Assembly: GCA_016204335.1 (NCBI GenBank)
Contig: JACQKU010000021.1
Location: 1-55,524, forward strand
From: Candidatus Liptonbacteria bacterium
Lineage (GTDB): Bacteria; Patescibacteriota; Minisyncoccia; UBA6257; 2-01-FULL-56-20
Length of the DNA stretch: 55,524 nt
Direction of reading: 5' to 3'
Below the pieces are notes generated by a model. That model saw only the letters and a program-made list of their open reading frames with translations. It made no database searches and was not told where the DNA came from. Position numbers and translations under genes: made by a program. This document shows, in pieces, positions 8,370 to 19,056 of this stretch. The stretch's first letter is position 1, and every line of letters starts with the position of its first letter.

Positions 8370-8525
8370 GATTGGTTATCAACGAATAACGAATACGATT
8401 TCTCCTCCGAAGGCGGATCCCCGCCTGCGTCCGACTTCGGACGGGCAGGCGCCTCTGGCGGAGAATTTACGAATCTACTTTTTATTTGTTCATTCGTATT
8501 TAATTCGTTATTCGTTGATGGATTT
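8370..8525. mobile_element. Palindromic element with a nested GC hairpin core and cgaataacgaat arms
   Basis: The core ggcggatccccgcctgcgtccgacttcggacgggcaggcgcctctggcggaga (8411-8465) recurs inverted at 22727-22800 with one mismatch by eye. Arms caacgaataacgaatacga and tcgtatttaattcgttattcgttg. Confidence 0.7.
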
Positions 8526-11441
8526 TCACCATTTTTCGACCATCAACATTTTTTCCGGTTCGAATTTCCGATAAATCTCTTCCGTGACGAACGGCATAAA
8601 AGGGTGGAGCATTTTGAGCGATTCAAGTAGAAGCGTTTCGAGCGTTTGGTAAGCGGCTTCGCGATCATTTTCATCAGCGCTGTTCAGCCGCGCCTTGGCA
8701 TCTTCAATTATTTTGTCCGCAAGCGTGTGCCAAATATAATGGTACACGGTTTCGGCGGCCAGGTGGAATTCGAACTTTTCGATATGCGTTGCCACCTTGG
8801 CTTTGATTTTTCGGACTTGTTCTATGTTTTTGCGGTCTTCTTGTGAAAGCGCAGATTTGCGCTGATTACTACGCACCTGCCCGTCCGAAGCCTGGCGAAG
8901 GCGGGGATTTACGCTGATATTTTTTCCGCGTTGGTCCGCGTGCAGTCCGCGTAGTTCCGCGGGTTTGTGCAATTGCACAAACCGCGCGATGTTCCAAATT
9001 TTAGTCGCGAAATTGCGGTACCCGCGGATTTTTTCCTCTGAAATGACAATATCGCGGCCTGCGGTATTGCCGGCAACGAGCGCCATTCGAAGCGCGTCGG
9101 CGCCGTAGAGCTCGGCGACTCCGAGCGGGTCAATCACGTTTCCTTTCGATTTCGACATTTTCTGGCGGTCCTTGTCGAGCACCAGGCCGTGCAGGTACAC
9201 GGTTTTGAAGGGAACTTCGCCGGTCCGGTAGAGCCCGAGCATTATCATCCGCGCGACCCAAAGAAAAAGAATGTCGTATCCTGTTTCCATAACGTCTGTC
9301 GGGTAAAATGTTTTGAAGCCGTTCTTCCTTGTCGCTTGTCGCTTGTCGCTTGTCGCCATTAATGTGGCGAACGGCCATTGCCCCGAAGAAAACCATGTGT
9401 CGAACACATCGGGGTCTTGCTCGTAAAGGTCGCCGCCGCATGTCGAACAAGGGTCGCTTATTGTCAACTCAACTATTTTTGCGTTTTCGATTGCATCGCG
9501 CTCTAGCATTTCCTCGATAGTCCATTTTTTTATGTTTTTAATAATTGTTCTAATCGGACCGCCGTGCGTGACAATGAGAATATTTTTATGGTGATGCGAT
9601 TTCTTGTGATGTTTGAAACTTTCCCATACGCGTTCCTCCAGTTCCTTAAAGCTTTCGCCGCCCGGCGGTTTTCCTTCGTGGGTGTAAAGAATGTCGCCGT
9701 ACATTGCATTGCGGTCGTCCCTCGCCATTCCTTGCGTGATGCCGAGGTGCCGTTCCCTAAGGTTTTTGTCGAAGATTACTTCGGCGCCGGTCGCTTCCCG
9801 GATAATTTCCGCGGTTTCGCGGCAACGGCCCAAGTCGGAACTGATAATAAGGTCGATTCCTCTATGTTTGAGAGTTTCCGCCGCTTTTTTTGCCTGTTGC
9901 CTGCCTTCTCCGTTTAATGGAACATCGGCCTGTCCTTGTGTTCTTCCTTCCTTGTTCCAGTCGGTTTCTCCGTGGCGTATTAAAAACCAGTTGGCTTTTA
10001 TTTTCGGATTGACTGCTGTTTTGCCGCACGTTATGCAGTACCACGCAGGAATTCTTATGCCCCACGTAATCTGCCGCGAGATGTTCCAGTCGCGGAGATT
10101 TTTCATCCAGTTGAAGAATGTTTTTTCAGTTCTCCGCGGTATCAGTTTTATTTTTTTGCTTTTCACCGCTTCCACGCCGAGGTCGCGAAGCGATTTTCCT
10201 CCATTTTGATTTTTGATTTTTCCTGCCCGCCGAAGCATCGGCGCAGGCGGGGATTTTTGATTTTGAGCATGCGGCTCCGCCGTCATGCGAATGAACCACT
10301 GGCTTTTTATCTGCGGTTCTATCGCCGTATTGCATTTGTAGCACACGCGGACGCTGTGTTTGTAATGCTCATCTGTTTTTACAAGCAATCCTTTTGACAC
10401 CAATTTTTCTATAATAAGCAGCCGGGCGTTTTTGATGTGCATGCCGGCGAATTCGCCCGCGACTGGAAGCAATTTACCCCGGAAATCGATAATCTGCTCT
10501 TTTTCGAGTTTGTGCCGCTCGGCGATTTCAAAGTCGGTCGCATCATGCCACGGCGTAATCGTCATCACGCCCGTGCCGAACTTCATATCAATCGCTTTGT
10601 CTTTGACGATTGTCGCCGTAATCGTGCCGTTTATCCATTCCACTTCGATTTTTTGCCCCTGCGCGTATTCCTTGTAGCGCTTGTCGTCAGGGTGCATCAC
10701 CACATATTTGTCGCCGAATTTGGTTTCCGGGCGCGCTGTCGCGATGGTGAACGGTCCGTATTTGAGATAGTAAAACGGGTCTTCCTGTTCGCGGAATTGA
10801 TTCTCGATGTCCGAGAGCGATGTCTGATGTTTCGGGCACCAGTTCACGATGCGCTCGCCCCGGTAAATCAAACCGTCTTTGTAAAGTTTTTCGAATGTTT
10901 CATAAACTATTTTTACGATGTCGGAGTCAAGCGTGAATTTTTCGCGCGACCAGTCGCAGGACGCGCCGAGCCGGCGAAGCTGGTCCTCCATCGTTTTTTT
11001 ATTGTTCTGCGTGAAATCCCAAATTTCTTTGAAAAGTTGTTCGCGGTCGATTTCATATTTATTCCGCCCTTCTTTTTCGAGTTTCTTGTCGAACACCACC
11101 CAAGTTTCGAATCCCGCGTGGTCGGCGCCGGGGAGCCAGAGCGCCTTTTTCCCGCGCATGCGCGCAAAGCGCGTCATAATGTCCTGGAGCGTGACAAACA
11201 CCGCGTGGCCGATGTGGAGCGAGCCGTTCGCGTTCGGCGGCGGCATTATTATTGTAAACGCTGATTTATGCTGATTGACGGGCTGATTTATGCTGATATT
11301 TTTTCGCGTTGATTCGCGTTTAGATTCGCGGAGATTCGCTCCAACCGGCGGCAGCCGGTCGGGATTGAAGTAGCCAGATTTTTCCCAGAGTTTGTAAATC
11401 CGTTCCTCGGTTTTCTGATGGTCGTAGCGCGGTTCGAGCAT
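8526..11441 (-). CDS. valS: Valyl-tRNA synthetase carrying a nested histidine-phosphatase domain and several repeat-derived inserts
   Basis: PPPNANGSLHIGHA (HIGH) and KMSKSKGN (KMSKS) motifs, ValRS-like editing and anticodon-binding regions. Residues ~485-660 read WFLIRHGETDW...ERHLG...IVTHGGPI. Confidence 0.95.
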   Translation of the reverse strand: MLEPRYDHQKTEERIYKLWEKSGYFNPDRLPPVGANLRESKRESTRKNISINQPVNQHKSAFTIIMPPPNANGSLHIGHAVFVTLQDIMTRFARMRGKKALWLPGADHAGFETWVVFDKKLEKEGRNKYEIDREQLFKEIWDFTQNNKKTMEDQLRRLGASCDWSREKFTLDSDIVKIVYETFEKLYKDGLIYRGERIVNWCPKHQTSLSDIENQFREQEDPFYYLKYGPFTIATARPETKFGDKYVVMHPDDKRYKEYAQGQKIEVEWINGTITATIVKDKAIDMKFGTGVMTITPWHDATDFEIAERHKLEKEQIIDFRGKLLPVAGEFAGMHIKNARLLIIEKLVSKGLLVKTDEHYKHSVRVCYKCNTAIEPQIKSQWFIRMTAEPHAQNQKSPPAPMLRRAGKIKNQNGGKSLRDLGVEAVKSKKIKLIPRRTEKTFFNWMKNLRDWNISRQITWGIRIPAWYCITCGKTAVNPKIKANWFLIRHGETDWNKEGRTQGQADVPLNGEGRQQAKKAAETLKHRGIDLIISSDLGRCRETAEIIREATGAEVIFDKNLRERHLGITQGMARDDRNAMYGDILYTHEGKPPGGESFKELEERVWESFKHHKKSHHHKNILIVTHGGPIRTIIKNIKKWTIEEMLERDAIENAKIVELTISDPCSTCGGDLYEQDPDVFDTWFSSGQWPFATLMATSDKRQATRKNGFKTFYPTDVMETGYDILFLWVARMIMLGLYRTGEVPFKTVYLHGLVLDKDRQKMSKSKGNVIDPLGVAELYGADALRMALVAGNTAGRDIVISEEKIRGYRNFATKIWNIARFVQLHKPAELRGLHADQRGKNISVNPRLRQASDGQVRSNQRKSALSQEDRKNIEQVRKIKAKVATHIEKFEFHLAAETVYHYIWHTLADKIIEDAKARLNSADENDREAAYQTLETLLLESLKMLHPFMPFVTEEIYRKFEPEKMLMVEKW

Positions 11442-11478
11442 TGTTCAATTTTACCACAAAAGCGTCTATCTACTTTTT

Positions 11479-11556
11479 CTATATCCCCAAGTCGCCGTTC
11501 GCCACCAACGGTAATTTTTTATTCTTGAGATGCGCGAAATATCCCGTGGTCGCAAT
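11479..11556 (-). pseudogene. Decayed duplicate of the last ~25 codons of tsaD
   Basis: Reverse complement translates to IATTGYFAHLKNKKLPLVANGDLGI*. The real TsaD C-terminus is IAAAGYFAHLKNKKLPAVANGDLGI*. DNA is about 85% identical by eye to 11711-11790. Confidence 0.75.
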
Positions 11557-11595
11557 TTAGCGGATTTATCTCCGCCGAATAAATTAATCTCCCAA

Positions 11596-11634
11596 GTGCT
11601 ATGCTACAGCATAGCACTATGCCGCGGCATAGTG
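11596..11634. repeat. Overlapping perfect palindromes (REP-like), family member 1
   Basis: agtgctatgct-ac-agcatagcact overlaps cactatgccgcggcatagtg. The latter recurs at 21878-21907 and 22564-22597. Confidence 0.75.
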
Positions 11635-11710
11635 GTCTGACTCGAGTGCTAGAAGAATCTAACGATGCAGTTTTTGTCATATATTTGTCTATGCGTCCGC
11701 AACGAAGTAG

Positions 11711-12880
11711 TCAAATTCCAAGATCGCCGTTTGCGACCGCTGGTAATTTTTTATTCTTGAGATGCGCGAAATATCCCGCGGCCGCAATCATCGCGGCGTT
11801 GTCACCGTTGTATTCGTTATGCGGAATGTAAAATGTTAAATGGGACATGTCGCATTCCGCTTTTAACATTTTCCTCAAAGATTTATTCGCCGCCACGCCG
11901 CCGCAGAGAATGATTGAGCGCGCGCCATATTCTCTCGCGGCGCGGAGGGTTTTTGAAACGAGGACGTCGACGACGGCTTGCTGGAATGATGCCGCTATGT
12001 CGGCAGTAGAAGCGAATCCGTGCGAATCTATTTGCGAATTGGTGCGAATTTTTACTTTTCGCGGATTTTCGCGAACATTTTCGCGTGTTTTCGCTTCTAT
12101 ATCCCTTAGGTAATAAAAAACAGAGGTTTTAAGGCCCGAAAAGCTGAAATCGTAATCCTTCGTGTTAATCATCGGGCGGGGAAAGTTAATAGATGGTTTT
12201 TCTCCCTTCGACAGGGGCTTCGAGTGAGCCTCAGCCGAACTCCTCAGGGCGAGACGCTCGATCTCCGGCCCGCCGGGGTAGGGAAGTTTCAGCATTCGCG
12301 CCACTTTGTCGAACGCTTCGCCGGCGGCGTCGTCTCTCGTCTCTCCGAGTTTTTTCCATTTTGTCAGTGAGTCCATTTTCAAAAGAATCGTATGCCCGCC
12401 GCTTACCAGCAACGCGATTGCCGGGAACATTCGGGGCGAGGGGAAAGCGGCACGCGGCACGGATTTTTGAGGTAGCAGGAAACTATACAAATGGCCGTTA
12501 AGGTGGTTCGCGCCGATGAGCGGTTTCTTATATTTTTTCGCGAGTTCTTTAGCGAATGTTATTCCGGCCCACAGCGCAGGCTCAAGCCCAGGCCCCGTTG
12601 TTACTGCTATTAAATCGACATTTTTTATTCGCGCCGCTTTCGCGTTTTGTTTCGCAGTTGCTTCGCCAAAAATCTTCCGATATAGTATCGGAAGATTTTT
12701 AAGGTGTTCCCTTTTCGCGAGATTCGGCACCACGCCGCCGAACGGCCGGTGTATTTTTATCTGCGAGGAGATGAGGTTTTTTAGAACCTTAAAACGAGGA
12801 TGTTTTAAACCGCCGCTCGCCTCGACGAGCGCAATGCCGGTTTCGTCGCAACTGGTCTCTATGGAAAGTATTTTCACCAA
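11711..12880 (-). CDS. tsaD: tRNA N6-adenosine threonylcarbamoyltransferase TsaD (Kae1/Gcp family)
   Basis: ILSIETSCDETGIALV and GANHLNGHLYS (HxxxH metal site) motifs with family-wide similarity. Contains a repeat-word insert (RENVRENPRKVKIRTNSQIDSHGFAS). TTG or GTG start. Confidence 0.9.
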   Translation of the reverse strand: MVKILSIETSCDETGIALVEASGGLKHPRFKVLKNLISSQIKIHRPFGGVVPNLAKREHLKNLPILYRKIFGEATAKQNAKAARIKNVDLIAVTTGPGLEPALWAGITFAKELAKKYKKPLIGANHLNGHLYSFLLPQKSVPRAAFPSPRMFPAIALLVSGGHTILLKMDSLTKWKKLGETRDDAAGEAFDKVARMLKLPYPGGPEIERLALRSSAEAHSKPLSKGEKPSINFPRPMINTKDYDFSFSGLKTSVFYYLRDIEAKTRENVRENPRKVKIRTNSQIDSHGFASTADIAASFQQAVVDVLVSKTLRAAREYGARSIILCGGVAANKSLRKMLKAECDMSHLTFYIPHNEYNGDNAAMIAAAGYFAHLKNKKLPAVANGDLGI

Positions 12881-12881
12881 A

Positions 12882-13301
12882 TTACAGCGGAAGAATATTT
12901 ATTTTTCCCGAGTCCTCGGTATCGGCGAGCAAAGTGCGCACTCGGAGTTCCGGATATTTCCCTTTCACAATTTCAGCGGCTTTCATTAAATGGTCGGAGT
13001 GTTTTTTTCTTTCTTCATCGCGAGATGAAAAAGCGTTTCTTCCTCCGTACGCTCCGCAGTCTGTGTGATTTTTTAAAATGAGGTCGGTGATGCCGTGTAG
13101 CCGCTTTGAGGTTTCAATCTGCTTCATAATAAATTCCCGCTCGGATTCATGTTCCGGAGCCGCGATGTTTTTCGCCGCGCCGGCAACCGAAACAATGTCG
13201 CAATCGTCCAAAAGATTGTTTTCTTCGAGATAGCGTTTCACCGTGCCGCCGAGCCGGAAATCCATGCAGTGAATCATGAGAGTTTTACATTGGTGCGTCA
13301 T
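12882..13301 (-). CDS. Small protein with beta-carbonic-anhydrase-like motifs (CxDxR ... HxxCG)
   Basis: IHCMDFRLGG and NHTDCGAYGG are spaced as the Zn-ligand motifs of beta-CA. 139 aa, native-like composition, no SD. Confidence 0.45.
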   Translation of the reverse strand: MTHQCKTLMIHCMDFRLGGTVKRYLEENNLLDDCDIVSVAGAAKNIAAPEHESEREFIMKQIETSKRLHGITDLILKNHTDCGAYGGRNAFSSRDEERKKHSDHLMKAAEIVKGKYPELRVRTLLADTEDSGKINILPL

Positions 13302-13446
13302 ATATTCACGAAGATAGTTAGTATTCTTACAAAGTTAAAGTTTTTAGGCAAGATGTCGTATGTATCAGTGTATTAAATTGGTTCGAGCCCCGGATGTTCT
13401 GGGGCTCGTTGGTGCTATGTGCTATGTAGAGGTTTGGGGGGGCAGG

Positions 13447-14016
13447 TCAATGAAGGGCGGTGTGCCGGTGGGTGACCCATTTCTCCGGAGGAACGAGATA
13501 GTTCCTCATCTTTGCTTCTCCGGTCAGCGGGCGGTAGTCCACGTGGAGGAGCGTGAGCACCTCCAGTTGCGGGTTGAACTCCACGAGGCGAGTGCGGGCG
13601 GTCACGAGGTCTCCGACGACTTCTTCCGGCTCCATGCCGGTATCCAGTGCCCATCCGCAAGGCAGATGAGCTCGGAGCTTGAAGTAGTTTATCCCAGTTA
13701 ACCTCGGCGCCTGAACGACATCCGAGAAAAACACCTCGTGAGCATTTGGCGAGTTTCGGTTTGACTTTGACTCCGGAACCAGCCGAGGAGCTCCTCCATG
13801 CCATCGGAACAGATGGCTTTGCGGGTCCTCGTGGGGCTCGTAGCCACGGAGACCGGCGAGATGTTTCATCCCTTCATCGACTCGCCGATAATCCCCGCAG
13901 CAGATATCGACGGCCGGCATCCGGTGTTTCAGATGCCGCGACTCGATATCTTCGAGCAACCCGTTTGCTATTCCGTCCCTGACGAATTCGAGTATCCTTG
14001 GCTCGTGAGCGGTCAC
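13447..14016 (-). CDS. G+C-rich hypothetical protein, divergent relative of the neighbour (CCGDYR ... HLPCGWA)
   Basis: GTG start preceded by aagggggcgtt. Hand count of line 13561-13620 gives 40/60 G+C. Motif pair resembles 12882-13301. Confidence 0.5.
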   Translation of the reverse strand: MTAHEPRILEFVRDGIANGLLEDIESRHLKHRMPAVDICCGDYRRVDEGMKHLAGLRGYEPHEDPQSHLFRWHGGAPRLVPESKSNRNSPNAHEVFFSDVVQAPRLTGINYFKLRAHLPCGWALDTGMEPEEVVGDLVTARTRLVEFNPQLEVLTLLHVDYRPLTGEAKMRNYLVPPEKWVTHRHTALH

Positions 14017-14053
14017 AACGCCCCCTTTCGCTGAAAATAATAGTGAATTGCGC

Positions 14054-16300
<2,247 letters not shown>

Positions 16301-16307
16301 GATAAAA

Positions 16308-17279
16308 TTATCTCAATGATTCCACTCCAGATGTTATCTCAATTATTTCTCTTGTAATCGACGCCTGGCGGGATTTATTGTATTCGAGGTTCAGTTTCGA
16401 GCCGAGGTCGTCCGCGTTGTCCGATGCGTTTTTCATCGCGAGCCGGCGCGCCGCGTGTTCGGATGCGTTCGCTTCGAGAATCAGATGGTAAATCTGCATG
16501 GTCACAAGATGGGGGACGAGTTCGTTCAGAACCGCTTCCGGCGACGGCTCGATGAGATAATCAACTGATGACTGATGACTTATGACTGATGACTGTTTGA
16601 ACTCGGAGAACCGGCCGGTTTGAGGAATAATTTCTTCCGCGGTTTTTTTGATGCTTTCGAAATCAACCGGAAGTGCGACACGGCGGAGCGGTTCCTGCCG
16701 GAGCGCGCTGCGGAAATGGGTCGAGAACACGATAACGCTGTCCCATTTTTTTTCAAGATAGCCGGAAACCAAAAGCTCGGCAATCGGCTTTACTTCTTCA
16801 ATGGTCGTGAAATCGCCGGCGCGCAGGAATTTATGCGCCAAAGTAAATCTTTTTTGCAAATAATTAGCCGCTTTTTGACCAACGGAAATGAAAACAGGGT
16901 TTAGGGTAGAGGGATTAGGGCTTAGAGTTTTTTCTTGTTTTAGGAACTTTTCAAAGTCGCGAATCACAGCGCTGTTGAACGAACCGGCAAGGCCTTTGTC
17001 CGACGTGACGAGCACGAGCGCGGTTTTTCGAATTTCTCTTTTTTGGAGGAGTGGAGGTATCTCTATATCTCCAAGACGGGCCTGCCCGCCGTAATTTTGA
17101 TGAAGGCGGGCGAGGTTCGCGAGAAAATCCAAACTCGCGAACGCGTATGGGCGCGAAGCGAGCGCGATTTCCTGCGAACGGCGCATTTTGGTCGCCGCGA
17201 CCAGTTCCATCGCTTTTGTGATTTGCCCGATATTTTTGACGCTCTTCGCGCGCCGTTTTATGTTTTGAAGCGATTCCAT
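16308..17279 (-). CDS. atpG: F1 ATP synthase gamma subunit
   Basis: MESLQNIKRRAKSVKNIGQITKAMELVAATKMRR at the N-terminus and ASITREIIEITSG at the C-terminus. Contains repeat-word inserts. Confidence 0.92.
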   Translation of the reverse strand: MESLQNIKRRAKSVKNIGQITKAMELVAATKMRRSQEIALASRPYAFASLDFLANLARLHQNYGGQARLGDIEIPPLLQKREIRKTALVLVTSDKGLAGSFNSAVIRDFEKFLKQEKTLSPNPSTLNPVFISVGQKAANYLQKRFTLAHKFLRAGDFTTIEEVKPIAELLVSGYLEKKWDSVIVFSTHFRSALRQEPLRRVALPVDFESIKKTAEEIIPQTGRFSEFKQSSVISHQSSVDYLIEPSPEAVLNELVPHLVTMQIYHLILEANASEHAARRLAMKNASDNADDLGSKLNLEYNKSRQASITREIIEITSGVESLR

Positions 17280-17369
17280 GGTTTTCTCTACGAATTACGA
17301 ATTTTTTACGAATATACGAATAAACTTAAGTCCTTTTCGTATATTCGTACATTTTCGTATTTCGTAGCA
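17280..17369. repeat. Intergenic tacgaa-word hairpin
   Basis: ctacgaattacgaattttttacgaatatacgaa pairs with ttcgtatattcgtacattttcgtatttcgtag. Confidence 0.7.
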
Positions 17370-18902
17370 TTATTCTAAAAATTTTTGTATTGCCGCCTTC
17401 AATTTTTCCTCGGTTTCGGCCGAGAGCTCTCCGCTTTCCCTGATGGGTTTCAAAATGTCGGCTTCGTGGAATTTTTCGACGTATTCGACGAAAGAGTTTT
17501 CTTTTTCTTTCACCGAGGCGATTTCGAGGTTGTCGAAATAATCGTTGAGCGCCGCGTATAAAATAACAACCTCTTTTTCAAAAGGCATCGGCGCAAGGTC
17601 ATTTTGTTTGAGAACTTCGGTGATTACCTGACCGTGCTTGATTCTTTTTTTGGTGGTTTCGTCCACGTCGGCTGCGAATTGGATGAATGCCTGGAGTTCG
17701 CGGAACTGCGCGAGCGCGAGCCGGAGGCGGCCGGCGACTTTTTTCATCGCTTTCGTCTGCGCCGCGGAGCCGACACGCGAGACAGAAAGCCCGACGTTGA
17801 TGGCCGGCCTGATGCCCTGGTAAAAAAGTTCGCTTTCAAGATAAATCTGGCCGTCTGTGATTGAGATTACGTTGGTCGGGATGTACGCCGTGACATCGCC
17901 GAGCTGTGTTTCGACGATGGGGAGGGCGGTCAGCGAGCCGCCGCCTTTCTCTTTCGAGAGTTTTGCCGCGCGTTCGAGCAGGCGCGAGTGGAGATAAAAA
18001 ATATCCCCGGGATACGCTTCGCGGCCCGGCGGCCGGCGAAGCAAAAGCGAAATTTGCCGGTATGCCCAGGCGTGTTTCGAAAGGTCGTCGTAAATTACGA
18101 GCGCGTCCTGTCCTTTGTCGCGGAAGTATTCTCCGATGGCGCAGCCCGCTAGCGGAGCAAGATACCACAGCGCGGCAGGGGACGAAGCGGGCGCAGAAAC
18201 AACGACTGTGTGCTTTAAGGCGTCGAAATTTTTTAGAGTTTCGACGATTTTCGCGATTTTCGATTCTTTTTGCCCAATCGCTACATAGATGCAAATAACT
18301 TGTCGCTTGTCGCTTGTCGCTTGTCGCTGGTTAATTATCGTGTCCAGAACCACCGCGGTTTTGCCGGTTTGCCGGTCGCCGATGATGAGTTCTCGCTGGC
18401 CTCTGCCGATAGGTATCATCGCGTCTATGCTTTTTATGCCTGTGTGAACGGGCGTGTTGACGGGTTCGCGGTCCATAACCGAAGGCGCTTTATTTTCCAA
18501 AAAGTAGCGTTCGGATTTTTGAGCCGTCTTGGCGGAGAATATCGGGCCTTTGCCGTCCGAAGGATTTCCCAGCGGGTCAATAACTCTGCCTGCGAGTTCG
18601 GGTCCGACTTCGATTGAAAGAACCTGACCGGTATTCCGCACGAGGTCGCCGCTTTTGATATGCTGGTACTCTCCGAGGACGAGCGCGCCGATAGTTTCTT
18701 CTTCAAGGTTAAGAGCCACGGCTCGCACAACTTCTTCCGATGTTTCGATGTCGAGGAGCTCCTGGCTCAAAGTTTTTCCGAGGCCGGAAATTTTCACGAT
18801 GCCGTCGCTTACTTCGATTACTTTCCCGACATCCTCCCATTTCTTCTCGTCTTTGTATCCCTCGATTTCCTTTTTCAGTTTTTCTATTATTTCGTAGCTC
18901 AT
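17370..18902 (-). CDS. atpA: F1 ATP synthase alpha subunit
   Basis: [10 protein letters not shown] Walker A and full-length alpha similarity. Start placed at MSYEIIEK. Contains the QATSDKRQ insert from a (cttgtcg)4 tract. Confidence 0.97.
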   Translation of the reverse strand: MSYEIIEKLKKEIEGYKDEKKWEDVGKVIEVSDGIVKISGLGKTLSQELLDIETSEEVVRAVALNLEEETIGALVLGEYQHIKSGDLVRNTGQVLSIEVGPELAGRVIDPLGNPSDGKGPIFSAKTAQKSERYFLENKAPSVMDREPVNTPVHTGIKSIDAMIPIGRGQRELIIGDRQTGKTAVVLDTIINQRQATSDKRQVICIYVAIGQKESKIAKIVETLKNFDALKHTVVVSAPASSPAALWYLAPLAGCAIGEYFRDKGQDALVIYDDLSKHAWAYRQISLLLRRPPGREAYPGDIFYLHSRLLERAAKLSKEKGGGSLTALPIVETQLGDVTAYIPTNVISITDGQIYLESELFYQGIRPAINVGLSVSRVGSAAQTKAMKKVAGRLRLALAQFRELQAFIQFAADVDETTKKRIKHGQVITEVLKQNDLAPMPFEKEVVILYAALNDYFDNLEIASVKEKENSFVEYVEKFHEADILKPIRESGELSAETEEKLKAAIQKFLE

Positions 18903-18923
18903 AGTGTTTAATTTAAAAATCAA

Positions 18924-19056
18924 ATCTCAAAAATCAAAATGACAAATCAAAATTTTCCGCCAAAGGCGGATCCGCCTCGGGCGGAAAAAAGACAAAGCAT
19001 GAATTCTTTTTACATTTTACACTTTCATTTTGCATTTTGATATTTGCACTTTGCAT
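18924..19056. mobile_element. MITE-like element with GC double-hairpin core (divergent copy)
   Basis: caaaatgacaaatcaaaattttccgccaaaggcggatccgcctcgggcggaaaaaaga...ttacattttacactttcattttgcattttgatatttg. Confidence 0.7.

Noticed and set aside
10437-11264. 275-aa + strand ORF, and similar long ORFs at 5223-5870, 23585-24187, 25765-26433, 30411-31025, 41409-41975, 42486-43199, 44415-45056 and 50026-50640
   Set aside because: All lie antisense to, or out of frame within, strongly supported genes (valS, sodN, GT2, pilin-like, fibre, fusA, tuf, rplV). Their translations are Arg/Phe/Val-rich with no recognisable motifs, which is typical of shadow ORFs.
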